A stretch of DNA of 64,000 nt from assembly GCF_009914755.1 (NCBI RefSeq), contig NC_060940.1; one strand, 5' to 3'. Source of the stretch: the human T2T-CHM13v2.0 reference genome, Homo sapiens. This document shows, piece after piece, positions 37,571 to 55,040 of the stretch. The position numbers were made by a program, and so were the translations under genes. Numbering within the stretch: position 1 is the stretch's first letter; every line of letters begins with the position of its first letter. Under the pieces are notes generated by a model, which did not search any database, was not told the DNA's origin, and saw nothing but the letters and a program-made list of their open reading frames with translations.

Positions 37571-38963
37571 AAGTTTTATCTGTCCTAATTAGAGGTTTCT
37601 TGCCTAATATGACACCTCTCATCTTTAAAAATGATATTTAAAGTTTATCAGAGCATTGTTTTCAGTAAATTATTTTAGTTTCAAAATGAGAACAGTAAAG
37701 TGTAAGGTTGTGGTTTAAATGAGGATATTGGTACTATAGTATAACTTCAGATATATTTCTCATATGCATTAACCTATGTACCATTAACCTTATGTACCAA
37801 TCTTTCTCAGGCTGCATAGTGCATTGCTGAAGCCTTCCTGGTTGAAGGCAGGAAAACTTTAAATATGGCAAAGAAACTGATCAGCCCTGTTCACTGTTCA
37901 TGTGTTGCCAGACACTTTCTAACAGTTTCTGTGGATTTAATTGTGAATTAGTGAACTTTTTAGTAATCAAATTGATAAGATGACCTGGTTTGCTTTATAT
38001 CCACTGGGTTCTAAAATGGCTCTGATGATATTTTTCTGGAATTTTAAGTTTTAAATCTGGTTTTAAAATTGCATCCAATAATAAAATATGACAAAGATAA
38101 AATATTTTTTATGAGATACTTCACTTTAAATCCACAAGTAGAAATTGACTAACTGATTTCTTTTGTATCTTTTGAGATTGTTTTTTAAAGATACGTTGAA
38201 TCTATATAGAACTAAAAGTCTGTTTCTTCTGTGCTTTTTAACATCTGTTGACGGTAGATCCAGTTCCTTTTAAAAGCTGAAAAAATTGTTAGGTTTAGAA
38301 AAAGAACAGTTCTTCCTTTTAGATAATACCAAATTGAATTTTAGAAATTCTTATATATATAAAAATATATTAAAAGTTCTTGAATTTGGGTCCCTAATGA
38401 AATATTAACCTTCTCCCCACCACAGTATATTTAAGAAAAATCTCTCAAGATAAATTACATTGAAAGCTGTGAGTTGAAAAATCATGAAAATAAGAAATCT
38501 AATTAAAAGAAGTATTTTGAAGTAATGCATTCTTATTATCTTGAAATTATTGACATTGTAAAGATGGCAAAGAGAGTAAGAAGGTAAACTTTCTAGTTTT
38601 GTTATAGTCACACACAGAAAGTTTATATGATCATTAACAAGTCATTTAAAATCTTTTTCAAAATATAAATTTAGCAACCAATGTAGATTATTCTAGGATT
38701 CTAATAGCTTAGAAAGAGCACTTCATACCTTACCATTATAAACAAGAGAGTTTAAATCACAGAATAATTATTTTAAGGAAATCAGTATATATCATTAGAA
38801 TTATATTTTTATTTGACATACTAATATTCTTGGTGATATAACTGTCAGAGTTACTTGGAGTATATTACCAAGTTACTCAATGTTTTTCTAGCCAGAAGGC
38901 TAGATAGATGTCTAGGGAAAGGCATATTAATTTAGACTTGTATGGGTTTTTAAAAAATCTTTA

Positions 38964-39319
<356 letters not shown>

Positions 39320-39804
39320 TCAGAGTTTTGAAGGAGCCGGATTGGCTGCTCTCAGGTATGAGGGCCTGGTGGGAACAGACTTCTAGTTCTGCCATAAAGG
39401 TTTGTGTTTGACAAGTTTTAAATTAATTTAAATTTTAAAATTTAAAGACTGGGCATATGAGTGTTCATGGACATTTTTTTGTTGTTTAATTTTTTAAAAT
39501 GTGTTTCTCAGATTCACCAATTTAGATTTTTTTCCTCTTCCTGTTACTAAGGGAATAAGTAAATATGATGCTGCTAATCCACAATCCAGAATATTGGGTA
39601 AAAGAGCGTCTATCAAGCCTTTATCTGCTTCTACACAATTCATACTTTTATGCACTCCCATCAATAATATATTTTAGTCCTCTAATCCCAGGGTCAAGGT
39701 GTCGGGGAAAGGGGCTTATTTAGACACAATTTCTCCCCTCTTCATGGGGCCAAGTGTCAGAATCTGGGAGGTGGAGTTCAGAGTCACCAATTTTGTTACC
39801 CCAT

Positions 39805-40655
<851 letters not shown>

Positions 40656-41334
40656 TCCTCCTCATTTTTAAGAATTCTGTTTTTGTCCCAGTGGAAAGAT
40701 AGTTAAGCCTTAGATGTTCAATATATCAATGAATGAAAGCTTTAAAAATATAAACTTTCTGAACCATTTTGTAAGTTCTCAGTAATTAAAAGAGAGGCCA
40801 CGTTCCTAAAACATAAAAGTTATCCAAATGAATTGATGACACTTTTTGGCAAAATAAGGAGTTTATTAAGAAGAAGTACAAATCATGAAAAGATTCTTTT
40901 GTTTATTTTTTGGATAATCCTATAGTATAGTTATACAGAATTAAAACATAGGTATTAGGAGAACTAAATGAGTTATATCAGAATTTGGGGCTTTTGAAAA
41001 GATGTATGGCAGGTTTGGGGTTTTTTAAAATAACAGCTTTATTGAGACATAATTCACCTGCTGTATAATCAAATATTTTTAATCTATGTGCTTACAGTTT
41101 TAATCATTAAATTTACTTAATTTATTTAAAATAGAAAGTCATGGACTTTAGTCTTCATTTTAAGAAATCAAGTTACTTTCTTGTTCTATTCTACACTTGT
41201 TTTGTTTGGCTTCATTTGGGAATATAACATTGTGTTTATTAGTTTATTTCAAAATATATTTTTCTAAGTGGACTGTTTGAAGTTTCTTTAAAATTTTTAA
41301 TTCAAATTCTTGAACTAAACAATGAATTAAACTA

Positions 41335-41692
<358 letters not shown>

Positions 41693-41786
41693 TTAATAAT
41701 TCTTTTTTTGCATAGCTTCATAATATTCATATTTTGGTTTCAGTAATTATATATTAATACTCTTTTTAGAAGTAACAGTACACTAA

Positions 41787-42019
<233 letters not shown>

Positions 42020-42552
42020 TAAAGTGTGTACAGTGGAAATCTTGGTTGAATATCTCCACTTGTTGGACCACTGTCGGTTTTTAAGTTCATAACTTGATGT
42101 GAAGTGATCCATATAATAAATTTTTCTTTTGGAAGAGCTTTGATATATAGTGCTTTGAGTTCTATGCCATGTCACTTAATAAATCTCAAGTATGTAACAA
42201 GTATTTTCTACAAAATTTCATTGAGTGCTATTTATACTATAAGAGAGGGCACTAGAGATGCAAATTAATGTCCTATAATCAAATAAGTGCTATATTCTAA
42301 TTCATTTCATATCTCCTAATCACCTGAATTAAAATCACAGAAATTTCTAAACCATCTATAATAATACACTGTACAAAAACTGAGGTGAAGAAAATATGTT
42401 ACTCCTCCTGTAGGAGACAGCTTTTAAAAAATGAAAATATATTATCACTTTTAAGTTCCTACTATGTGACAAGAATTGTGTTAGGTAATTTGCATGTCAT
42501 CATATCACAATCCTTCTAGCCATAAAGTATCTCTCTTTTTTCTTTTACCTAG

Positions 42553-42755
42553 TTCTTACTCCTTGTCATTGTGCTTGAGGGAATTTGGCATTGTGTGCTA
42601 TCACTTCGATTAGGGAAACGCAAGATCCTTAACTAGGCAATGTATAGAATATTGAGTTGAAAAGCCATACCTCTTCTCTACAAGTGTCAGGATCTTCGAA
42701 TGGGAATTTGATTTCTATAATAATAATTTAATAAAAGTGATTTCTAGCAACAAAA
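42553..42755 (+). other. Candidate alternative terminal exon of NFAT5 (adds VLTPCHCA*)
   Basis: Strong acceptor tatctctcttttttcttttacctag|, stop TGA at 42576-42578 in the phase-1 frame, AATAAA at 42730-42735. The end coordinate is an estimate. Confidence 0.3.
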
Positions 42756-43674
42756 TTTTTTATCCCATTGAATTTATTATAACTTAATTTACTTACGTTA
42801 GAAAGTATTTACAGTTATATAATGAGGATTTTCTTGAGTTGACTAAATTTGAGGAAGAAATTTGCCTTTGATTGCTTTCCTGGGTTAACATATTTCAGAA
42901 TTTTTGCCACCTAATGTAGTATACTCTTCATGAAATTAAACCAGAAACCCACTAACGAGAAAGATAATTCACCTACAGATGCTGTGAGCTAAAATGTTGT
43001 GAGTTGATCTTGGTTATTCTTTATGGCCATTCCCTTTTTTCCAAGAAAACTAGACCATTTCTAGAAGGAAGTCAGATCCTAGTTACAAACATGTTGCAAG
43101 CAGATTTAAAAATCTCTGCTCCTCCTTCTATCTTATTATACTGAAATTACATAGTAAATTTAAATACATACACTTATACATATGGATGGTATGTATGTAT
43201 GGATTTATGCTGAAGTCTGCATTATTAGAGAGCAAACTTGGGCCTATAGCCATTAATTCAGAAACAACTGCTAATTGTTTGACAGTTACAAATTGACATT
43301 GCCAAAAAGCAAACTTGGCCTATTATTGCTTTGTTCCTTTAATATTTCTCTTTTTATTGTCCTCTTAATAACACTTTTATAAATATTGTGATTTATTCAG
43401 TTTCTAATAAATAAGCATATTTTTATATTACTTGAGTCAACAGAACAGCATTTTGAAACTGTTCACAGATTCTCATTCATAAGCTAAATACTTATAGAAA
43501 ATAGATACAGTTACTGATTTTATGCATTCTGTACAATTTTGCCTAAGAAATTAATGCATAGAAGTGGACTTTTTTATATCACCAACAAGATTGAAAATAT
43601 AAGCAAAAAGTGTTTATAACTAATTGTTTTATAAGAAAGGAACTTCACCTGTTTCTGGATATTTTTTCCTCTGG

Positions 43675-44170
43675 AATTCAGCCATAAAAAAGAATGTAAT
43701 CTTGTCATTTATGGCAATGTGGATGGAACTGGAGGACATTAAGTGAAATAAGCCAGGAACAGAAAGTTAAACACTGCATGTTCTCACTCATATGTGAAAG
43801 CTAAAAAATGTTGGTCTCATAGAAGTAAAAAGTAAGACAGAGGATAGATAATAGAGGCTGGGAAGGGTAGGAGGAAGGAAGGGATAGGGAGAAATTTGTT
43901 GAAGGATACAAAATTTCAGCTAGATAGAAGAAATAAGTTCTAGTGTTCTATACCACTGTAGGATGACTGTAGTTAACAATACTATATAGTTTCAAATAGC
44001 TGGAAGGAAGATACTGAACATTCCTAACACAAAGAAATGATAAATATTTAGATAATGGATATGTTAATTACCTTGATTTGATTTCTGTACATTATATGTA
44101 TCAGAACATTATCTACCCCATGAATATGTATGATTATTATTTGTTAATTAAAAAAATAAAATTAAAAAAA
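43675..44170 (+). mobile_element. L1MA-type LINE-1 3' end fragment
   Basis: attcagccataaaaaagaatg...ggaactggaggacatt...gttctcactcatatgtg...aataagttctagtgttctata, ending in an A-rich tail. Confidence 0.85.
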
Positions 44171-44179
44171 TCATACATG

Positions 44180-44527
<348 letters not shown>

Positions 44528-45155
44528 CTACATGAGTGTTTTAAATATTTCATAATTTTAAAATCACTGGGTGCAAATGACTATATGAATAAAAGTGTCC
44601 AATAAACTGTACTCTTAAAAACTAACAAATATATGGGATATATTAGATACTTGATGGATTTATATTTGGCATAAGTAAGGTTATATTCACTTTTCATCCA
44701 TCATTGCATATATGTATCAAGTATGTGTGTACTGGCAGTATTTATTTAGCCCACTCAGGTAGAATTTATTCTTCCCATATAATTACAGGGTATTATCATC
44801 AACTAAATTAAATCAGAAAATGAATGAGAAAGCACCTCAAAGTACCAGGTCTATACAGCCATTCTCTAGATCAAACTTACTTACAAACACACACACAACA
44901 TGTACATAGTTTTATTTATTTGTTTATTTTTCTCACAGATGAGATTAACATGGGCTTTGGAGTCATAAAGACTGAATTTGAATCTAATTGCTATCATATC
45001 ATATCTCCTATATAGATGGACTCTTGGGAAAGTTAAATAAATTTCTAATAATATTACCCTTGTAGTTAGACAATAATACCAACTTCTTCTTAAGGTTCTT
45101 ATGAAGATAAATTTGTAAAATAGCCGAACATTTTCTGACAAGTAGTAATTATTGA

Positions 45156-45507
<352 letters not shown>

Positions 45508-45701
45508 TAAAAAATAGGTTCTCTTTGTAAAAATTAGTTTTGAACTTTATTTTTACTTTTTTTCTTTGCATTCTCACCCAGTCTATTTTTGGTCTTATTT
45601 TGAAGTTTCGCACACCAGTCAAGATGTATATATATGTGGGCCATGGGATATACTTTCTGACTTTGTTATTCTGTCATGTTGACACTCTCTCAGTGGGAAT
45701 C

Positions 45702-47953
45702 TGCATTGGTCTGTTTTCACACTGCTGATAAAGACATACCCGAGACTAGAAAGAAAAAAAGGTTTAATTGGACTTACAGTTCCACATGGCTAGGGAGGCC
45801 TCAGAATCATGGCAGGAGGCAAAAGGCACTTCTTACATGGCAGCAGCAAGAGAAAATGAGGAAGAAGCAAAAGCAGAAACCCCTGATAAACCCATCAGAT
45901 CTCCTGAGACATATTAACTATCACAAGAATAGCACGGGAAAGACCAGCCCCCATGATTCACAACACATGGGAATTCTGGGAGATACAATTCAAGTTGAGA
46001 TTTGGGTGGGGACACAGCCAAACCACATCATTCTGCCCCTGGCCCCTCCAAATCTCATGTCCTCACATTTCAAACCCAGTCATGCCTTCCCAACAGTCCC
46101 CCAAACTCATTAACTCATTTCAGCATTAACCCAAAAGTCTACCAGTCCAAAGTCTCATCTGAGACAAGGCAAGCTCCTTTTGCCTATGAGCCTGTAAAAT
46201 AAAAAGCAAGCTGATTACTTCCTAGATACAATGAGAGTACAGGTATTGGGTAAATACAGCTGTTCCAAATGGGAGAAATTGGCCAAAACAAAGGGGTTAC
46301 AGGGCCCATGCAAGTCCGAAATCCAGTGGGACAGTCAAATTTTAAAGCTCCAAAATGATCTCCTTTGAATCCAGGTCTCATAACCAGGTCACGCTGATGC
46401 AAGAGGTGGGTTCCCATGGTCTTGGGCAGCTCTGCACCTGTGGCTTTGTAGAGTATAGCCTCCCTTCCAGCTGCTTTCATGGGCTGGCATTGAGTGGCTG
46501 CAGCTTTTCTAGGTGCATGATGCAGGTTGTCAGTGGATCTACCATTCTGGGGTCTGGAAGACATTGGCCCTCTCCTCACAGCTCCATTACATAGTACCCA
46601 GTACGGACTCTGTGTGGGGTCTCCAACCCCACATTTTCCATCTGCTTTGCCCTAGCAGAGGTTCTCCGTGAGGGCCCCACCCCTGCAGAAAACTTGCCAG
46701 GGCATCCAGGGGTTTCCATACATCCTCTGAAATCTAGGCGGAGGTTCCCAAATCTCAATTCTTGACTTCTGTGCACCCACAGGCTCAACACTACATGGAA
46801 GCTGCCAAGGTTTGGGGCTTCCACCCTCTGATGCCACAGCTTGAGCTGTGTACATTGGCCCCTTTCAGCTATGGCTGGAGCATCTGGGACACAGGGCACC
46901 AAGTCCCTAGGCCACACACAGCATGGGGACCCTGGGCCCAGCACACAAAACCGCTTTTTCCTCCTGGGCCTCTGGGCCTATGATGGGAGGGGCTGCCACA
47001 AAGGTCTCTGACATGGCCTGGAGACATTTTCCTCATGGTCTTGGGGATTATTAACATTAGGCTTCTTGCTACTTATGCAGTTTTCTGCAGCCAGCTTGAA
47101 TTTCTCCCTAGAAAATGGGTTTTTCTTTTCTGTCGCATAGTCAGGCTGCACATTTTCCATACTTGTATGCTTTGCTTCCCTTATAAAACTGAATGCCTTT
47201 AACAGAACCCAAGTCACCTAATGAATACTTTGCTGCTTAGAAATATCTTCCACTAGATACCCTAAATCATCCCTCTCAAGTTCAAAGTTCCACAGATCTC
47301 TAGGGCAGGGGTAAAATGCCGGTCTCTTTGCTAAAACATAACAAGAGTCACCTTTACTCCAGTTTCCAACAAGTTCTTTATCTCCATCAGAGACCTGGAC
47401 CTTATTGTCCATATCGCTATCAGCATTTTGGGCAAAGCCACTCAACAAGTCTCTAGGAAGTTCCACACTTTCCCACATTTTCCTGTCTTCTTCTGAGCCC
47501 TCCAAACTGTTCCAAACTCTGCCTGTTACCCAGTTCCAAAGTCACTTCTACATTTTCTGGTATTTTTTCAGCAACACCCCACTCCTGGTACCAGTTTACT
47601 GTGTTAGTCCATTTTCATGCTGCTGATAAAGACATACCCCAGATTGGGAAGAAAAAATGTTCATTTGGACTTACAGTTCCACATGGCTGGGGAGGCCTCA
47701 GAATCATGGTGGGAGGCAAAAGGCACTTCTTACATGGTGGCAGCAAGAGAAAATGAGGAAGAAGCAAAAGTGGAAACCCCTGATAAACTCATCAGATCTT
47801 GTGAGACTTATTATCTGTCAGAAGAATAGCACAGGAAAGACCAGCCGCCATGACTCAAATACCACCTCCTGGGTCCATCCTGTGACACATGGAATTCTGG
47901 GAGATAAAATTCAAGTTGAGATTTGGGTGGGGATACATAGCTAAACCATATCA
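45702..47953 (-). mobile_element. Full-length THE1A (ERVL-MaLR) element: LTR 45702-46030, internal 46031-47599, LTR 47600-47953
   Basis: Two direct LTRs matching the reverse complement of the THE1A consensus, a ~1.57-kb THE1-int segment, and TSD GAATC/GAACC. Confidence 0.92.
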
Positions 47954-48122
47954 GAACCTTTGTATATAAAAGGAACATTGATAGAGGATGATGAAATCAT
48001 AGGAAAGACCGACAGTTTCTGAAGGACTAATTCTATAAAGTCTGCTGTTTAAGAGTTCTTAATAGTATTTTTTTAATGAAGTGATTTAAGTTGCATGGTT
48101 AATGATCAAAACTTCTGGTAGA

Positions 48123-48542
<420 letters not shown>

Positions 48543-48635
48543 CTAAAACCTGATTGATTAAATCAGAAGTTTTTAATGATGCTGTAAATGATTTTTTATT
48601 ATTGTTTAATCATATCTTAAAAAAAACAAACGTAG

Positions 48636-49026
<391 letters not shown>

Positions 49027-50883
49027 TCAGATAATATCCCTTGGAACTTTTTTTTTCTCTAATTTTGAAGTTTAGTGATACTCTGTTTTTATCTTAAAGT
49101 GACATTATCTTTCAGTAGTTCAGTGTTTGTCTCTGTCTCTCTCTCTTTTTAGCCTATACTTCCTGGTATATTTGGCAGTGTAATAAATGTAGCTGTCAGC
49201 TAGTATAATTATTCCCTTTTGTGTTTAAATTATTGGAGATAGAAGATTACATCTGGATATTAGTCTCTTCATTCAGTATTGACAAGTGATGGTATCCAGT
49301 GGTACTTAAATCATTGGATGATGGAAAACATCTTTTTCTTCCATTAGGAAAGAATTTTACATGGACTTAAAAATCAAAGTATTTAATGTGTATATCTAGT
49401 ACATGTTTTATACACTGTGCTTAGATCCTTTGGGTTGAATTTTTGTTTGAATAGAAAAAAATTTTGTTTGGATAGAACAAAAAATACATTTAAAACATTG
49501 CTCTAAGTTTCAGGATAAGCATTTTATTTTTCAGGGAGCACTCTTTAGTAAATATTATATGAGTGTATTAATGGTACTCTGATAAGGTAGAAATAATTAT
49601 TTAAGGAGAATTCAGATTAAAAACTGGAGAGTAATTGTTTTATAACATTAGAACCCTGAATGGCAATTTGATGAACTGGAGAAGAAAAAGATGTCTGCAA
49701 TAAATCAGAAACAAACCCTTCAGCTTCAGCAGTAGTGCTCATTATTTTTTTTAAAAAAATAGAGCCTCTAGGATCAAACATATTATACAAAGTAGCATGT
49801 ATCATTAAAAGTATAAATTGGTATCCTTTTTAAGGGGAGTATAAAGAAGTATGTAGGAGTCAGTGTGGTCTGAAAAATGGAAAGGTTATTTTGCTGCTAA
49901 AATATAGGTTTTTTTACAGTGTAAGTGCATTGCTCAGAACATATCTTCTTCCACGCTTCAAAAGAGTTTGGGTAAGGGAACAGCCTGAAAAACACCTGAA
50001 AGAGAGAATTCTGGCTTATGGATTAGAGAGCATCTATAAACAGAACAAATTGGTGAATAAGAGTTCACAAAAATTTTGTCTAAGAAATTTCCCCACATGC
50101 ATTCAGAGGTTAATAATTAAATTTTTTGAAGTTCATTTTAAAACATTGCTTATTTTAACATGTAAACGTATGTTGGGTGGGAAAAGTACAAATGGGAGAT
50201 TGAAACTGTTTTAATCATGTAAATGATCAGCCCTACAATTTTTGTTTTTTTAATAATCTGGAATGCTTATTTTATATGCTGGGATGCTAGTTGTTTTTTC
50301 TATTAATACACTTAACTTGCATTCTAGCTTCGCCATTCAGAGACAGGCATCGTGTGGTGGGTTGTGTGACAGTGTCTGTCAATAGTGAAGACAAATAGTG
50401 CCAGAGACACTTAACCCATCCAATCTCACCCAGGGTATAGGTCGGTCTCGTTTTCAGACTTCTTCATAAGTCCTTCTTTCTTTCTCTCTTCCTTTCTTAC
50501 TTTTTGTTTGTTTGTTTCTAAATAGTGGATTGATACTGATTGAAACTAAAACTTTTTGTAAAGTTTTAAACTTTGCATTAATATTATAAGAAAAAGAAGA
50601 AAAGTAGAAAATGAAGGTTGGCATGTAAGGTGTCGACAAAGCAGGTTTGCAGCCACTTTGTGTGTTCTAGATATTTCAATCTCTTGGCAACATGAGTGTT
50701 GGCCTTACAGCTTTTTTCTCTGAATATCTTTCTTCTTTAATCTGAAAATATGTCCTTGTATCTGGTGACTTTTATCAGATGAGAACTTCAGAGTTGGTCA
50801 TTGTTACCAGTAAGAAAAATATAATGCTTAAGAAGAAATAACGAAGGTTGAACATTATGTGTTTTAGATCAGAAATAGTTTCT

Positions 50884-51517
<634 letters not shown>

Positions 51518-51986
51518 TTATTTTTGAATAGTCAATAATTTATTCCTTCTTTGTTCCACTATTTGTTCACTTAGCACTCTTGCAAAATTTTATGGCTTTT
51601 TTTAAACTAGCTTTTTTAGAAAACTCAATTTTGCACAGATGTTGAAAAATTATAAAATATGTACATATTCAAATGTTAGGGATCAAATTTTAATCTTGGA
51701 AGCTTGGAAATTAAATATCATTTCTGTCATATATTTTAAAGCAGTGAAAGGTATTTCTTTCTTTTGAGGACTTCAGCAAATATTTCTAATTTCAAAGCTT
51801 TCTATTAAAAGTTTTTAGTTCCATATAAAGTATATCTTTTTTATGATATTTTAAGCACTAATATATTATGGTAGTTAAAATAATTTCTAGTTGACAAATC
51901 TAGAGCTGATAGTTCTTAAGTTTAAAATACAGTTTAAGCAAGGAGTATATAAAATCTACATGGGTTTCTATAAATGGTATCGTTTA

Positions 51987-52320
<334 letters not shown>

Positions 52321-52721
52321 ATCCTGTTTCATCTTTTATTAAATTGCAGATTCTGGGATATTCATATTCCATGTAGACATTATTTAATATCTGCCAGTCT
52401 TTGAATCTCAACTATTTTTGAGTATTTATAGTTTCCATCAATTCTTAAAAGAAGCTGTATGTACAATTCAAGTTCACCATCGTTACTGGCATTTGGTCTG
52501 ATAACTGGCTACTGTTAATAGTGGCAAACAGACTTAAATACAGGATACTTTACATATGACACTTTACCTGCCTCTTTTAAATTTTAAAATTATTCTATTT
52601 AAAATAATCTGACATTATAAATTTCTATGAGTAAATTATAGAATGGTCTATTAATTTTTCCTTTAGTTTGTTGTGCTTTCTGTGGTCACAGAAAATGCTT
52701 TAGAAAAAATAAAATTATTCT

Positions 52722-53059
<338 letters not shown>

Positions 53060-53118
53060 CTATAGGTTCAAAGATAATTCCTTCATAAAAGAAAAAAAAT
53101 CAATAAAATTTATTCACA

Positions 53119-53419
53119 TGGCCATGCACCATGGCTCACGCCTGTAATCTCAGCACGTCAGGAGGCCGAGGTGGGTGGATCACTTGAAGTCAGGAGTTCG
53201 AGACCACCCTGGCCAACATGATGAAATCCCATCTCTACTAAAATACAGAAATTAGCTGGGCGTGGTGGTAGGCACCTGTAATCCCAGCTACTCAGGAGGC
53301 TAAGGCGGGAGAATCACTTGAAACCTGGGAGGCAGAGGTTCCAGTGAGCCGAGATCGCGCCACTGCACTCCAGCCTGGGCAACAGAGCGAGAGTCCCTCT
53401 CAAAAAAAAAAAAAAAAAA
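53119..53419 (+). mobile_element. Alu (AluS)
   Basis: Sense Alu. Confidence 0.9.
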
Positions 53420-54187
53420 GAATATATAGACGGGTCAGAACTGCATTCACACTTTGGTTCTATAGAATATCAAGCTGTTTTTTGATACTTTATTTAGTGA
53501 TACAGTGGTATTCCCAGGAGGATTTGTCAGCACTTTTCTGGGAATGCTTGGAAATGACTAATTAGCATTAGAAATTTAAAATGTTCTGATATCATTATTT
53601 TATGTATTTATATTTTAATAGGATATTAAGGATTTTTTTCATGGTAAATTTATGGATATATAAGTAGGTAATTTGGCTTACTTATAATTTAAGGAAATAA
53701 AATTACTAGAGTACTCTCGGTAGAGATAGCAAATCGTTACCTCTAGACTCTTAGTATTTTCTCTGTATCAAATAATGCTATCGTAGTAATATATATTCTA
53801 AGTACTTTGAATTATATTTGAATTATATTTGAATATAAAAGAATAAAAATTCTTTTATTCTTCAACCTACATTTATTTGCCAGCTTATCTTTAATGTAAC
53901 TCCAAATACATACCAAATTTTTGGCTTCCCAGAAATCAATTTAATAATTTGAATTTTATTACAATGTAGGCACTGTGATAGGTGTTGGGAGGATCTAAGA
54001 TGAGAAAGATATTGTCAGTGCTTTCGAAGTGCTCACAGTTCTTACCCTCCATTTTACTACCTCACATGGCATTATTAATTAATGCACTCAGATCTCTTGC
54101 TAACCAGAATGTAATGTTTTGATGTGAAAGATTTTATACATCATTATCATCATCAGAGGATCAATAGTACCATGGTAAAGAATTTTA

Positions 54188-54480
54188 GGCTGGGTGTGGT
54201 GGCTCACGCTTATAATCCCAGTACTTTGGGAGGCCAAAGCTGGAGGATTGCTTGAGCCCAAGAATTTGAGACCACCTGGGCAGCATGACAAAACTTTGCC
54301 TCTACAAATAATTTAAAAAGTAGCCAGGCATGGTGTTGTGTGCCTGTAGTCTCAGTTACTCGGGAAGCTGAGGCAGGAGGATTGCTTGAGCCCAGGAGAT
54401 CAAGGCTGCAGTGAGCCATGATCGTGCCACTGCACTGTAGCCTGGGCAACAGAGTGAGACCCTGCCTCAAAAAAAAAAAA
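54188..54480 (+). mobile_element. Alu (AluJ)
   Basis: TSD aaagaatttta. Confidence 0.9.
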
Positions 54481-54980
54481 GAATTTTACAGTTTAAAAAA
54501 AATTATTTCATTTGTCTTAAAATGAGTAGAATCTTTGCAATTGAGGTAGACTTTAAAAAGTAATATTTTTCTATTAAAAGATGGTTACTGTTCTTTTCTG
54601 ACAGAGTTAATATTTTCAGTGTCATAGTTTTGTGCTAACTTTTTCTTTAATAAGTATGCCCAGGATCAATCCTGCAGTTGTGCACACACAATCGTGTGTT
54701 AGCTGTCCATGGAAAATGTATAGAATATTTAAATTTATGTAGGATATGATATCACAGTTTGGCATACTTACCCTAGAACACACACTTATGTCTGACTGTT
54801 AAATCAGTTGGGTTTTATAATCATTACGGTTTTGATATTTGATAAGATTTGCAAGATAAAATTTTTTACCTCAGAGAACAAGACAAGGTTATATCGTGCA
54901 TATTAAATTCATAATACCATATAACTTGCTTTTGGGTTCATGATTGCTTTTCACCTGTACTTTCCATCTGTCATGAACAG

Positions 54981-55040
54981 GGATCCCTGAGATGTTCATA
55001 CTCTGCATTCTCATGTGCATGATCCTTAGATTTAAAAAGG
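54981..55040 (+). CDS. NFAT5: Candidate 60-nt in-frame cassette exon of NFAT5 (GIPEMFILCILMCMILRFKK)
   Basis: 91-nt AG-free zone, branch-point-like ttcAc at 54953, aacag| acceptor and strong AGG|gtgagt donor. Phase 1-1 and open in the NFAT5 frame. Confidence 0.55.

Noticed and set aside
45676-47944. Dense overlapping ORFs on both strands
   Set aside because: They are decayed THE1A LTR/internal sequence with no intact long ORF.
50330-50460. Relatively GC-rich unique segment resembling a small RNA gene
   Set aside because: No C/D or H/ACA boxes, tRNA cloverleaf or long hairpin that I could recognise.
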